This document shows positions 15,977 through 24,000 of a DNA stretch of 24,000 bases, one piece after another. Within the stretch, counting starts at the first letter, position 1. Every line of letters starts with the position of its first letter. This stretch comes from an uncultured Planctomicrobium sp. Its GTDB lineage: Bacteria > Planctomycetota > Planctomycetia > Planctomycetales > Planctomycetaceae. The stretch is taken from assembly GCA_938015865.1 (NCBI GenBank), contig CALLWY010000312.1, positions 1,784-25,783 of the forward strand. Direction: 5' to 3'. Below the pieces are notes generated by a model, which saw nothing but the letters and a program-made list of their open reading frames with translations, was not told where the DNA came from and did not search any database. A program made the position numbers and the translations under genes.

Positions 15977-17792
15977 AGTGGATGAAAAGACGCAGCAGGA
16001 ACCCTCAGCCGCAGGTGCCAATGGTGCCGCTGCTGCGAAGTCGCCGCAAGGGGCAGCAAAGCCAAAGGAAAGCCTCCGCGATACCGTCGAATCGATTCTC
16101 TTCGCGTTTGTCCTCGCTTTTTTATTCCGTACCTTTGAGGCTGAGGCATTCGTCATCCCGACGGGATCAATGGCGCCAACGCTCTACGGCAGGCATAAAG
16201 AGTCCAACTGCACCGCCTGCGGGGCACACATTGTTGTCGGGGCAAGTCATGAAGTGATTGGGGATGTGGGATACCTCTCCCCCAATTCCCGGTTGAGAGC
16301 GGCACTCTGCCCCAACTGTGGTTTTGAAAACGATCAGCTCTACAACGAACTCGCATTCAACGGGGATCGGATTCTCGTCAACAAGTATCCCTATGAATTC
16401 GGCGAACCGGCCCGTTGGGATGTTTTCGTCTTCAAGTACCCTGCCGAACCTCAGACCAATTACATCAAGAGACTGGTTGGACTCCCGAACGAGACCATCC
16501 GGATTCGCGGAGGGAACCTCTATCAGATCCGCGATAACGCGGAGTACATCCTTCGAAAAGATCCCGGCAAGCAGCGGGTGCTGCAGATCCCGGTCTATGA
16601 TGATGATCACGCTCCTGTGGACCTGATCAAAGCGGGCTGGCCTCCTCGATGGGCTCCCGTGGAGCGGGGGAAGGAGGGCCTGATTCCGGGATGGGGAGAA
16701 TCCGATACCGGCTGGAAGGTAAACGAAGAGGAACGGACCTACAGCATCTCCAAGGATGCGACCCCGGCTCCGGCCTGGTTGCGGTATCGACATTTCTTCG
16801 CGATGCCTCAGGACTGGGACGCAGTCGCGCATGGGCTCCCGCTTCAGCCAAAGGCTAGGCTCATTGGTGATTTCTGCGGGTACAACGCCACGATCGGAGA
16901 CCATCCGGCCGATGCCAGCTTTGCAGAAAATATTGACTTTGGTCCGTTCTGGGTTCCTGATCTGACAATCAACTTTGAGATTCAGATTCGGGATGCCAAT
17001 GAAAACGGCGAGCTGATTCTTGAGTTGTGCGAGGGGACGTCGTGGTACCGATGCCGGATTCATGTCCCCACGGGCAAGGCAACTCTGGAAGAAGTTAATT
17101 CCCAGATGAATGAACGGGTTGTTGAACTGGCACAGGCAGCGACTCCGATTCGTTCGCGGGGAACGTACCGGATTTCCTACTGTAATGTCGACGACCGCCT
17201 CTGCCTGTGGGTCAATGATTCCCTGATCGATTTCAAGGAGGGGGCATTGCTTGTTGGAGAAGGGGCCACGGGGAACCCGTTCCCGACAGATCAGGACCTT
17301 TCCCCTGTTGGAATTGCAGCACAGGGGATAGATGCCACCGTCTCGCATCTCCTTCTGCAACGGGATATCTACTACCGAGTGGGGTTACCCGGGCGAAGCT
17401 TCGACCACCTTGAGAAACAGCTCTGGCGGCAGATGGACGATCCGCAGGCATGGGGTGAATTCTATTCCAAGCATCTTGACCAGATTGGGGAACGGACGAT
17501 GGAAATCGGCCCGGCGCACTATCTGGCCTTTGGCGATAACAGTCCGCAGAGTAACGACAGCCGGATGTGGTCCTTTGGAGAAGAAGCTGTTCCGCGAGAG
17601 TATCTGGTTGGGAAAGCCTTCTGGATTTATTGGCCGCACGGTGTCCCATTCGGGAACAATGGACGTGGGTGGCCCGTGACCTGGCACTTTGAACAGCCTC
17701 CGATGAATGGACGGCCGACAAAAGTTGCCGACTATCCGCGTTATACCATTCCGTTTTACCCCCAGTTCAGCAGAATGAAGCGTATTCGCTAA
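15969..17792 (+). CDS. lepB: Signal peptidase I (S26A), unusually long form with a Cys4 insert
   Basis: The TM helix is VESILFAFVLAFLFRTF. The catalytic Ser box is IPTGSMAPTL, the Lys box is NYIKRLVGLPNETIRI, and the box E motif is GDNSPQSNDSRMW. From ATG 15969 the protein is 607 aa. CTAC...CPNC lies between boxes B and C, and about 340 aa lie between the Lys box and box E. Confidence 0.9.
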   Translation: MSKVDEKTQQEPSAAGANGAAAAKSPQGAAKPKESLRDTVESILFAFVLAFLFRTFEAEAFVIPTGSMAPTLYGRHKESNCTACGAHIVVGASHEVIGDVGYLSPNSRLRAALCPNCGFENDQLYNELAFNGDRILVNKYPYEFGEPARWDVFVFKYPAEPQTNYIKRLVGLPNETIRIRGGNLYQIRDNAEYILRKDPGKQRVLQIPVYDDDHAPVDLIKAGWPPRWAPVERGKEGLIPGWGESDTGWKVNEEERTYSISKDATPAPAWLRYRHFFAMPQDWDAVAHGLPLQPKARLIGDFCGYNATIGDHPADASFAENIDFGPFWVPDLTINFEIQIRDANENGELILELCEGTSWYRCRIHVPTGKATLEEVNSQMNERVVELAQAATPIRSRGTYRISYCNVDDRLCLWVNDSLIDFKEGALLVGEGATGNPFPTDQDLSPVGIAAQGIDATVSHLLLQRDIYYRVGLPGRSFDHLEKQLWRQMDDPQAWGEFYSKHLDQIGERTMEIGPAHYLAFGDNSPQSNDSRMWSFGEEAVPREYLVGKAFWIYWPHGVPFGNNGRGWPVTWHFEQPPMNGRPTKVADYPRYTIPFYPQFSRMKRIR

Positions 17793-17829
17793 GGTCGCTT
17801 CTCTTCATTCGGGCAGGAATCGTCACTCC

Positions 17830-18435
17830 ATGTCGCACGTGGAGCAGGATCTGATTCGACGGATTCGGGCACGTGATGAACGTGCCTGGGCGGAATGCAT
17901 TTCCACTTATTCGGGGCGCCTGCACGCTTTCGCGTTCACCCGTCTGGGGGACGCGACGCGGGCAGAGGATGTCGTTCAGGAAACGTTTCTGGGGTTTCTG
18001 ACGGCACTGCCGAACTATGACGAGTCGACACCTCTCGAGTCGTTCCTGTTCGCCATCGCTGCCCACAAGATGACGGATGTCCTGCGCCGACAGGGGCGAC
18101 GCCCCACCATTCCGCTCGGCAGCTTGTCCGATGACAATCCGCAGGCCGAAATCCCCGCCCGCCAGCGTATGGCCTCCAGTCTGGCACGCAGCAGGGAACG
18201 CCGGGACAATCAGGAAGTGGTCGTGGCGGCGGCCTTGAGGACACTCATTCAGACCTGGCTGAGCCGGGGGGAATTTGAGCGTCTGAAGTGTGCTGAGCTA
18301 CTCTTTGTTCGGGGAACTACGAACAAGGAAGCAGCGCAAATTCTCGGCATTACCGAACAGGATGTTGCCAACCATAAACATTTCATCGTTTCCAAGCTGA
18401 AAGCCGCGGCTCCGGAGAACACGGAGAATCTGTAA
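17830..18435 (+). CDS. ECF-type RNA polymerase sigma-70 family factor
   Basis: The sigma-2 region is RLHAFAFTRLGDATRAEDVVQETFLGFL...FLFAIAAHKMTDVLRR. The sigma-4 HTH is ERLKCAELLFVRGTTNKEAAQILGITEQDVANHKHFIVSKLK. The protein is 201 aa and starts 37 nt after the lepB stop. Confidence 0.88.
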   Translation: MSHVEQDLIRRIRARDERAWAECISTYSGRLHAFAFTRLGDATRAEDVVQETFLGFLTALPNYDESTPLESFLFAIAAHKMTDVLRRQGRRPTIPLGSLSDDNPQAEIPARQRMASSLARSRERRDNQEVVVAAALRTLIQTWLSRGEFERLKCAELLFVRGTTNKEAAQILGITEQDVANHKHFIVSKLKAAAPENTENL

Positions 18436-18759
18436 CGGATCGTCCAGTCCCGCAGCGTCTTATCAATCGGGCTTGTGCCTCTTGACGGACGTGAAACACA
18501 GGATTTAATGGAAAATTTTGCCCTGTTTACGTCATCACCATTCGGTGTTTCCGAAGGGGCATTGACTTTCGGCCAATTTCTGTGGAATCCAAAATTTCGC
18601 GAAACATTTCTCAGGGGGGTGGTGTTCAAGAGGCAGGGAGGTCTCTCGGCATCCTAAGCGGGGCAGTGTCTGTCTCGCCGCCAGACTCATTTCCAGCCAA
18701 GGGTGTTCTCGTGCCCTTCGTGGAGCACTCGATCTCGAAACATTTCAGGGGAGAAATCG

Positions 18760-19635
18760 ATGTTGAAACAATTTCGGACAGCCAGTCTTCTGGCATTGAT
18801 GGTGTTGGCGGCCTCTCCCGCCTTTGCCCAGGGACCCGGTGGACGTGGCGGCCCCGGAGGGGGGCGAGGGGGATTCGGCGGCGGTTTCGGGGGAGGATTC
18901 GGAGGCGGTTCTCCGTACTCGCTGCTCGGAAATGAAGCTGTTCAGGAGGAGCTTGGACTCTCCGACGATCAGAAGACCAAGTCCGCAGAGTTGCTCAATG
19001 AATTGCGCGAAGCCCGACGCAGCCAGTTTCAGGGACGACCGGAAGGGGGGGAGAACTTCCGTGATTTGACGCCAGAACAGCGCCGTGAGCGATTCGCTGC
19101 CCTGCAGAAAGAAGCTGAAGAGCGCAATTCCAAACTGCAGGCAGAATACAAGGCCAAGTTTGGTCAGGTGCTGGACGAAGTTCAGGTGCAGCGTCTCCAG
19201 CAGATCTACTGGCAAAGCCAGGGAGTCCGCGCGCTGCAGGACCCAGATCTGCAAAAAGCTCTGGGCTTGAGCGACGACCAGAAGAGCAAGATTGCCGGAC
19301 TGCTCAATCCGGCGCAGGGGCCTGGCGGATTCCGAGGCGGCCCAGGTGCTGGCCCCGGCGGCGGTCCGCGTGAAGGGGGATTCCGTGGAGGAAGCCCGGA
19401 AGATCGTGAAGCCCGGATTGCAGAAATGCGTGCTGAACGGGAAAAGCGGGAGGCAGAAGTCAAAGCTGTTTTGACCGATGCTCAGCGAGCTGAATTTGAA
19501 AACCAGCTCGGTGCTGCCTTCGACGTCTCCAAGCTCCGTGGTCCCGGCGGCCCAGGTGGTCCGGGCGGTGATCGACGCGGTCCGGGAGGAGATCGTGGGG
19601 GACGCGGTGGAAATCGCGGCAACACGAATATCTGA
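18760..19635 (+). CDS. Secreted LTxxQ-motif (Spy/CpxP-like) protein with Gly/Arg-rich low-complexity tracts
   Basis: ATG 18760 is preceded by GGGGAG. The signal peptide is MLKQFRTASLLALMVLAASPAFA|Q. Five L-[ST]-x-x-Q-type helices are present: LSDDQKTK, LTPEQRRERF, LDEVQVQRL, LSDDQKSK and LTDAQRAEF. Three G/R/F-rich tracts sit at the N-terminus, in the middle and at the C-terminus. Confidence 0.75.
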   Translation: MLKQFRTASLLALMVLAASPAFAQGPGGRGGPGGGRGGFGGGFGGGFGGGSPYSLLGNEAVQEELGLSDDQKTKSAELLNELREARRSQFQGRPEGGENFRDLTPEQRRERFAALQKEAEERNSKLQAEYKAKFGQVLDEVQVQRLQQIYWQSQGVRALQDPDLQKALGLSDDQKSKIAGLLNPAQGPGGFRGGPGAGPGGGPREGGFRGGSPEDREARIAEMRAEREKREAEVKAVLTDAQRAEFENQLGAAFDVSKLRGPGGPGGPGGDRRGPGGDRGGRGGNRGNTNI

Positions 19636-19638
19636 GAC

Positions 19639-19658
19639 ACGAAGGGAAATTCCTTCGT
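19639..19658 (+). terminator. Hairpin immediately after the LTxxQ-protein stop codon
   Basis: ACGAAGG (19639-19645) and CCTTCGT (19652-19658) flank a 6-nt loop, starting 4 nt after the TGA. There is no clear U-tract. Confidence 0.35.
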
Positions 19659-19807
19659 CCCAGATCCATTCTTGAAACATGGAAACCCTCGGCTTCGGTC
19701 GGGGGTTTCTTCATTTAATCGGCATTTTCTCCACGCATTGGGGTCAGGACATGGATGCGGGCAGAGAGTCCCTTGAGAAGCGCTCAGCGGACGATCAAAC
19801 TGTAATC

Positions 19808-20833
19808 ATGACCGTCATCAATGAAGAAAGTGAAGATTCCCCCGAACCCAGCCCGGAACAGCACCGGGTCACCGTCGAAGCACGCGCTCACGGGTGGCGG
19901 CTCGACCACTACCTGACCCGAATCTTTCCTAACCATAGCCGAGTGTTGTTCCAGAAGGCGATTGAGCAGCAACTCGTTCTGGTTAACGGGCTCCCGGTAA
20001 AGCCGGCGCGACGTCTGCGTGTCAATGACCGAATCCATGTCACGCTTCCCGAGATTCCTGACAACAGCCTCGTCCCGGAAAATATTCCGATTGAGATCCT
20101 TTATGAGGATGACGCCATCGCGGTAATTAACAAGCCCGCTGATATGGTGACTCATCCGGGGAAATCCAATTTTACCGGTACTCTGGCAGCGGCCGTTCAA
20201 TACCACTTCGACCAGCTCAGCGACGTTGCTGGCCAGCTTCGACCGGGAATTGTCCATCGTCTGGACCGTGACACGACCGGCGTCATTGTGATCGCAAAGG
20301 ACAATCAGGTTCATCACCGCCTGAGCCGGCAGTTTGAGCAGCGAGAAGCGAAGAAAGAGTATCGCGCAATTGTCCGGGGAAAGATTGAATTTGACGAAGG
20401 GGTGATCCGGACCCATCTGAAAGTTCATCCCAAAGCACACGAGAAAATGATTATTTGTGAGCCTGATGAGAAGTCGCGTGAAGCCGTGACGCGTTATCAG
20501 GTCCTGCGGCGGTTTCGTGGATTCGCAGAAGTTCGGCTCTTTCCCGAGACCGGCCGGACCCATCAGCTCCGGGTTCACCTGCAATCTTTGAAGGCTCCCT
20601 GTGTTGCCGACCGGCTCTATGCCGGACATGACCGGCTTTATCTGTCGGAATTGCAGGGAAAACCGGTTGAACCAGATGAGGTCCCTTTAATCACTCGACA
20701 GGGCCTGCATGCATACCGGCTCAGAATTCGCCATCCGGTGACCGATGAGTGGATTTCATTTGAAGCTCCCATCCCCGAAGATATGCAACGGACGCTCGAC
20801 GCTCTTGAAACTTACCGGAAACTCGACTCATGA
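19808..20833 (+). CDS. rluD: 23S rRNA pseudouridine synthase, RluA family (RluD-like)
   Basis: The S4 domain is WRLDHYLTRIFPNHSRVLFQKAIEQQLVLVNG. The catalytic motif is HRLDRDTTGVIVIAKD, with KEYRAIVRG and GRTHQLRVHL also present. The start is ambiguous: in-frame ATGs occur at 19679, 19751 and 19808. I chose 19808 because it leaves a normal-length leader before the S4 domain. Confidence 0.88.
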   Translation: MTVINEESEDSPEPSPEQHRVTVEARAHGWRLDHYLTRIFPNHSRVLFQKAIEQQLVLVNGLPVKPARRLRVNDRIHVTLPEIPDNSLVPENIPIEILYEDDAIAVINKPADMVTHPGKSNFTGTLAAAVQYHFDQLSDVAGQLRPGIVHRLDRDTTGVIVIAKDNQVHHRLSRQFEQREAKKEYRAIVRGKIEFDEGVIRTHLKVHPKAHEKMIICEPDEKSREAVTRYQVLRRFRGFAEVRLFPETGRTHQLRVHLQSLKAPCVADRLYAGHDRLYLSELQGKPVEPDEVPLITRQGLHAYRLRIRHPVTDEWISFEAPIPEDMQRTLDALETYRKLDS

Positions 20834-21699
20834 AGCTCGCCAAGATTCGAACTGCGGACAACCGGCCTGCAATTGCTGTCATTGAAGACGACGGGGCACG
20901 CATTCTACCGTTGGAACATGCTCCCGGGATTCTGACGCTCGCTGATCTCCTCCATTCAGGAACTCCCTGGCAGACCGCAGCGATGCTTCTGGCCAAAGCC
21001 GACGAAGCTCCAGTGACCGAGTTCAAGTTCCTCGCTCCGGTTGATCAGCAGGAAGTCTGGGCTGCGGGAGTCACATACAAACGGAGCCAGATCGCCCGGA
21101 TGGAGGAATCGGAGTCGGCAGCGTCTCACTACGACAAGGTCTATTCGGCTGATCGACCGGAGATCTTTTTCAAGGCCACTCCAAGTCGAGTCGTTCATCC
21201 CGGAGAGCCGATTCGCGTCCGTTATGACAGTTCCTGGAGCGTGCCTGAACCGGAATTAGCCCTCGTCATCAATCCCCGAATGGAAATCGTGGGATATACG
21301 ATTGGGAATGATGTCTCCGCGCGGGACATTGAAGGGGAGAACCCGCTTTATCTCCCGCAGGCGAAGGTCTATCGCCAGTGCTGCGCATTGGGACCAGTAG
21401 TTCTGCTGGCAAAAGATCCCCTGCCACTTGAAGAAACAAAAATCCGGTTAAGGATCGAGCGGCAAGGGACGTCGCTGTTTGAAGGGGAGACGGATCTATC
21501 CATGATGAATCGCCAGTTCCCGGATCTGGTGAATTGGCTCAGCCGAGAAGATACGTTCCCTGAAGGGGTCATCTTGCTGACGGGAACCGGGATCGTTCCG
21601 GATGACAGCATTTCTCTGGAACAAGACGATCAGGTTGAAATTGAGATCACCGGAATCGGCGTCCTCAGGAACCCTGTCATTAAAGAGACTTCCCGCTGA
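20830..21699 (+). CDS. Fumarylacetoacetate hydrolase (FAH) family protein
   Basis: The protein is 289 aa. PELALVINPRMEIVGYTIGNDVSARD is typical of the FAH fold, and the C-terminus has LLTGTGIVP. Its ATG overlaps the rluD stop in the sequence ATGA (20830-20833). Confidence 0.85.
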   Translation: MKLAKIRTADNRPAIAVIEDDGARILPLEHAPGILTLADLLHSGTPWQTAAMLLAKADEAPVTEFKFLAPVDQQEVWAAGVTYKRSQIARMEESESAASHYDKVYSADRPEIFFKATPSRVVHPGEPIRVRYDSSWSVPEPELALVINPRMEIVGYTIGNDVSARDIEGENPLYLPQAKVYRQCCALGPVVLLAKDPLPLEETKIRLRIERQGTSLFEGETDLSMMNRQFPDLVNWLSREDTFPEGVILLTGTGIVPDDSISLEQDDQVEIEITGIGVLRNPVIKETSR

Positions 21700-21711
21700 C
21701 ATTTCGCACCG

Positions 21712-21750
21712 GGGGACAGTTCGTCCCCAGCGTTCATTTCTGTTTCTTTC
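21712..21750 (+). terminator. Probable intrinsic terminator after the FAH-family gene
   Basis: GGGGAC (21712-21717) and GTCCCC (21723-21728) flank a 5-nt loop. A T-rich tail follows (cgttcatttctgtttctttc). Confidence 0.4.
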
Positions 21751-21892
21751 TGACCTGTTGCTCCACCTCAATTGATTCAGCACCCTCTCGAAGAAGGTTC
21801 GAACATTGTCTGCAGAAACGCCTGATGATCCCAAGCGTGCCGATTCCCATCCGGAGATTCAACAGAATGTGACTCCTGAGGTGGAAGAGGAA

Positions 21893-24000
21893 ATGCCGGA
21901 GTTCGAGGAACTGACTCCGGAGTTGATGGAAGATGAATGCCTGAGGGGCGACACGATGTTGCGCTGGGCATTGATCATGCTGGCGATGCTGCTGGGATGG
22001 ACCGTGATTACCGAATCAGGGATTCTGGTCCAGATCCGAAGCGGTGAGTACATGCTCTCGCACGGAATTCTTCCTCCGGGGGGCGATCCCTTTTCTGCCT
22101 CTGCCGAAGGACGGGAGTGGATTAACCTCAGCTGGCTCTCCGACATCCTGCTGGCAATTGTCCACAAGGCCGCCGGGATGTCCGGGTTGACGGTGTTTTG
22201 TGCTCTCACTGTTCTGGCTACGTTTGTGGTCCTCTCTCGAATCAACGTCAGTGGCGTTTCGACATGGTGGGGATCATTCTGCGGCCTCATCGCCCTCGTC
22301 GCCCTGTTCCCGATGTTTCAGCCGGGAAGCTCCACGATCACGATGCTGGGGTTGAGTTTGTTGTTCCTCTGCCTGACGCGGGATAGCCAGAGCCCACAAG
22401 GGGCGGAAGAGAACGGAACCTCAAGCCGGTTTCCATGGGCGTTTGCCGAGATCCCGATCCTGTTCTTCCTGTGGGTGAATCTGGATGCCCGGGCCTGGGT
22501 GGGGTTGCTTCTGCTGGTCCTGTTTGTGATCGGGGATTCGATCGCCCGCAAGATTCATGGTCGCCCACAAAGCAAACGGAACTGGGGAGTCGTCCTCATT
22601 ACCGTGATGGTCGCGGACCTGCTCGTTCCGTGGAGCTTCCAGCCACTGATTGGCTTCCGGTCCATGTTCCTCGAACAGGGGGCAATGCAGACATATGGGA
22701 TTTTGAGTGAATTTTTCCCACGTCTGGCTTATGGACTGAAGGATTCGAATTTCTGGATCCTGCTTGACATCTACGCCATCGCTTCGCTGACGCTCCTGAC
22801 CCTCTCGCTGGTCACCATGATTCTCAATGTGAAGCGACTGAATCCGGGATGGGCATTTGTCTGGGCCGGGATCAACGGTATTTCCCTTTTCGATGGTGAT
22901 TTTGTCTGCTATGCCGCTCTCGGGAACGCCGTAATTGCCACGCTGAATGGTCAGGAGTGGTATCGCAGCTGCTTCTCCATGACATACTCCGTCGATACCT
23001 GGAGCGTTCTCTGGGGACGTGGGGGAAGAGCGGTCATGGTGCTGAGCTACCTTGGCATTGCCTATCTCGCCATTAACGGAGCCTTCATGGGCCCCCAGGG
23101 GCGACGGCTGGGGCTGGGGCTGGACCCCCGCTGGACGAACCGCATCGAAAGCCTGAAAAGCAGCATCGTCGGGAGGACGTTTTCTGATCGCATCTTCCCG
23201 ACCATTGCTGCTCAGGGGGACCTGTTGATCTGGTTGGGACAAAAGCCATTTATCGACAGTCGTGTCGGTCTCTATATCAGCGGAAACAGGAATCTGCTGG
23301 AAACACATCGGGAGATTCGCAATTCGCTTTTCGCGATTAACATTTCCGATGCGACTGCCAATCAGGACTACTGGAAGACCACTCTCTCGTCATTCAAGGT
23401 CTTTGACGTGCTGGTTCGGCTCTGGACTCCCGGAACTCCGTACACGCCCTTTCTTCAGATGGTCGGAAATCAGTCCTTTGCCATGACCGGTTTCGGGGCT
23501 GCCGGAGCGAATTTCACTCGTGTTGATCTCGACAATGAAGAGTTGGTGAAACATGCGCGGGAGTTTTCCGCGACCCAGTTTGCGTTGCAGGCCTTTCGAC
23601 CGGAGAAGAAGCCGAAAATCACCCGACTCGAAGGAATCTGGCCAATTCCTGTGTCCAGCTATGACCGTTGGCTGATTCAAAAACGTCAGGTCGTTCCCAA
23701 CGATGTCGAGTTGGCTTCGCATTATGAACAGCTTCTTGCGGTTGCAGGGAGTCAGCTTCCGCTGGATCAGGTTGCAGGTTTGGCATTGCTCGCCATTCGG
23801 GATTGCCGCGCCACATTGGAAAACGATCCCAATCAGGCATCCGCCTATCGCGTGCTGGCTCAGGCCTATTCCGTTCTGGAGCAGGTCGAAAACAGAATCT
23901 CGCAGGGGATGGGGGTTCCCCCGGGACCGAATATCCTCGAAACCCAGACCCTCGGAGCTGTCTCTGCTGCGGTCATCGCGGGGCAGGGGAATCCGTACGA
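21893..24000 (+). CDS. Large polytopic membrane protein with a C-terminal soluble, TPR-like region; 3'-truncated by the window edge and absent from the ORF track
   Basis: I translated the frame codon by codon. It is open from 21776 to 24000 with no stop. The first ATG at 21893 gives MPEFEELTPELMEDE; other in-frame ATGs lie at 21926 and 21956. Many hydrophobic helices are present, including LRWALIMLAMLLGWTVI, GLTVFCALTVLATFVVL, FCGLIALVALFPMF, ITMLGLSLLFLCL, IPILFFLWVNL, WVGLLLLVLFVIG, VVLITVMVADLLV and IYAIASLTLLTLSLVTMIL. The tail contains ENDPNQASAYRVLAQAYSVLEQ, which is TPR-like. The listed minus-strand ORFs here are antisense shadows. Confidence 0.8.
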   Translation, partial: MPEFEELTPELMEDECLRGDTMLRWALIMLAMLLGWTVITESGILVQIRSGEYMLSHGILPPGGDPFSASAEGREWINLSWLSDILLAIVHKAAGMSGLTVFCALTVLATFVVLSRINVSGVSTWWGSFCGLIALVALFPMFQPGSSTITMLGLSLLFLCLTRDSQSPQGAEENGTSSRFPWAFAEIPILFFLWVNLDARAWVGLLLLVLFVIGDSIARKIHGRPQSKRNWGVVLITVMVADLLVPWSFQPLIGFRSMFLEQGAMQTYGILSEFFPRLAYGLKDSNFWILLDIYAIASLTLLTLSLVTMILNVKRLNPGWAFVWAGINGISLFDGDFVCYAALGNAVIATLNGQEWYRSCFSMTYSVDTWSVLWGRGGRAVMVLSYLGIAYLAINGAFMGPQGRRLGLGLDPRWTNRIESLKSSIVGRTFSDRIFPTIAAQGDLLIWLGQKPFIDSRVGLYISGNRNLLETHREIRNSLFAINISDATANQDYWKTTLSSFKVFDVLVRLWTPGTPYTPFLQMVGNQSFAMTGFGAAGANFTRVDLDNEELVKHAREFSATQFALQAFRPEKKPKITRLEGIWPIPVSSYDRWLIQKRQVVPNDVELASHYEQLLAVAGSQLPLDQVAGLALLAIRDCRATLENDPNQASAYRVLAQAYSVLEQVENRISQGMGVPPGPNILETQTLGAVSAAVIAGQGNPY

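Noticed and set aside
16167-17360. 397-aa minus-strand ORF inside lepB
   Set aside because: The plus-strand frame carries all the signal peptidase I catalytic boxes. The antisense product is rich in Arg, Pro and Cys and has no recognisable domain.
18745-19680. 311-aa minus-strand ORF spanning the whole LTxxQ/Gly-rich gene
   Set aside because: It is the antisense shadow of a GC- and Gly-codon-rich gene. Its product is low-complexity Ser/Ala/Thr/Pro with no motifs. The plus-strand frame has a Shine-Dalgarno sequence, a signal peptide and repeated LTxxQ helices.
19784-20629. 281-aa minus-strand ORF inside rluD
   Set aside because: The plus-strand frame has the S4 domain and the HRLDRDTTG catalytic motif. 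The antisense frame is a shadow ORF.
21790-21810. GGTTCGAAC, a string resembling a tRNA T-loop
   Set aside because: No flanking 5-bp T-stem, acceptor stem or anticodon arm can be drawn. I found no tRNA gene anywhere in the window.
21859-23308. Two minus-strand ORFs (21859-22290 and 22421-23308), the only ORFs the track lists in this region
   Set aside because: They lie antisense to an uninterrupted plus-strand frame of at least 2.1 kb that encodes regular hydrophobic helices. Their own products are Pro/Arg/Gln-rich and not protein-like.
1-24000. Search for CRISPR arrays, tandem repeats, IS/transposase/integrase genes, phage genes, toxin-antitoxin pairs or known defence-system genes
   Set aside because: I saw no regularly spaced direct repeats, no terminal inverted repeats flanking a transposase-like ORF, and no recombinase, nuclease or ATPase defence signatures. 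Gene content is housekeeping and envelope-related throughout.

Overview
The window reads as a core-chromosome segment of a moderately GC-rich Planctomycetota/PVC-type genome. That assignment is an inference from gene content: an oversized signal peptidase I, a DUF1207-like outer-membrane candidate, a PQQ-type beta-propeller, Pro-rich and Gly-rich secreted proteins, and a reduced dcw cluster. I support 19 protein-coding genes. In order they are: an M32 carboxypeptidase (5' partial), mraZ, ftsI, an FtsL-like protein, a LysM/Pro-rich membrane protein, rsmH, a PQQ-propeller protein, a small CsrA-like ORF, lexA, a DUF1207-like protein, a di-haem cytochrome c peroxidase, scpA, a tiny ORF overlapping lepB, lepB, an ECF sigma factor, a secreted LTxxQ/Gly-Arg-rich protein, an RluD-type pseudouridine synthase, a fumarylacetoacetate-hydrolase-family protein, and a large polytopic membrane/TPR-like protein. 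The last one runs off the 3' edge and is missing from the supplied ORF track. I found no rRNA, tRNA, CRISPR array, transposase, integrase or recognisable defence or toxin genes, so I cannot honestly claim a novel system here. The items most worth a second look are listed below.

- The head of the dcw cluster is rearranged: mraZ is detached and converges on ftsI, and a LysM protein sits between rsmH and ftsL.
- Two copies of a TGGG-N7-CCCA site lie just upstream of mraZ.
- lexA is flanked on both sides by about 600 bp without a convincing ORF, and these flanks carry repeat and hairpin clusters.
- An ECF sigma factor has no adjacent anti-sigma gene and lies next to a secreted LTxxQ protein with RGG/FGG tracts.
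- lepB carries a CxxC...CxxC insert directly after its catalytic serine.

All functional calls rest on motif recognition by eye. No database search was run.
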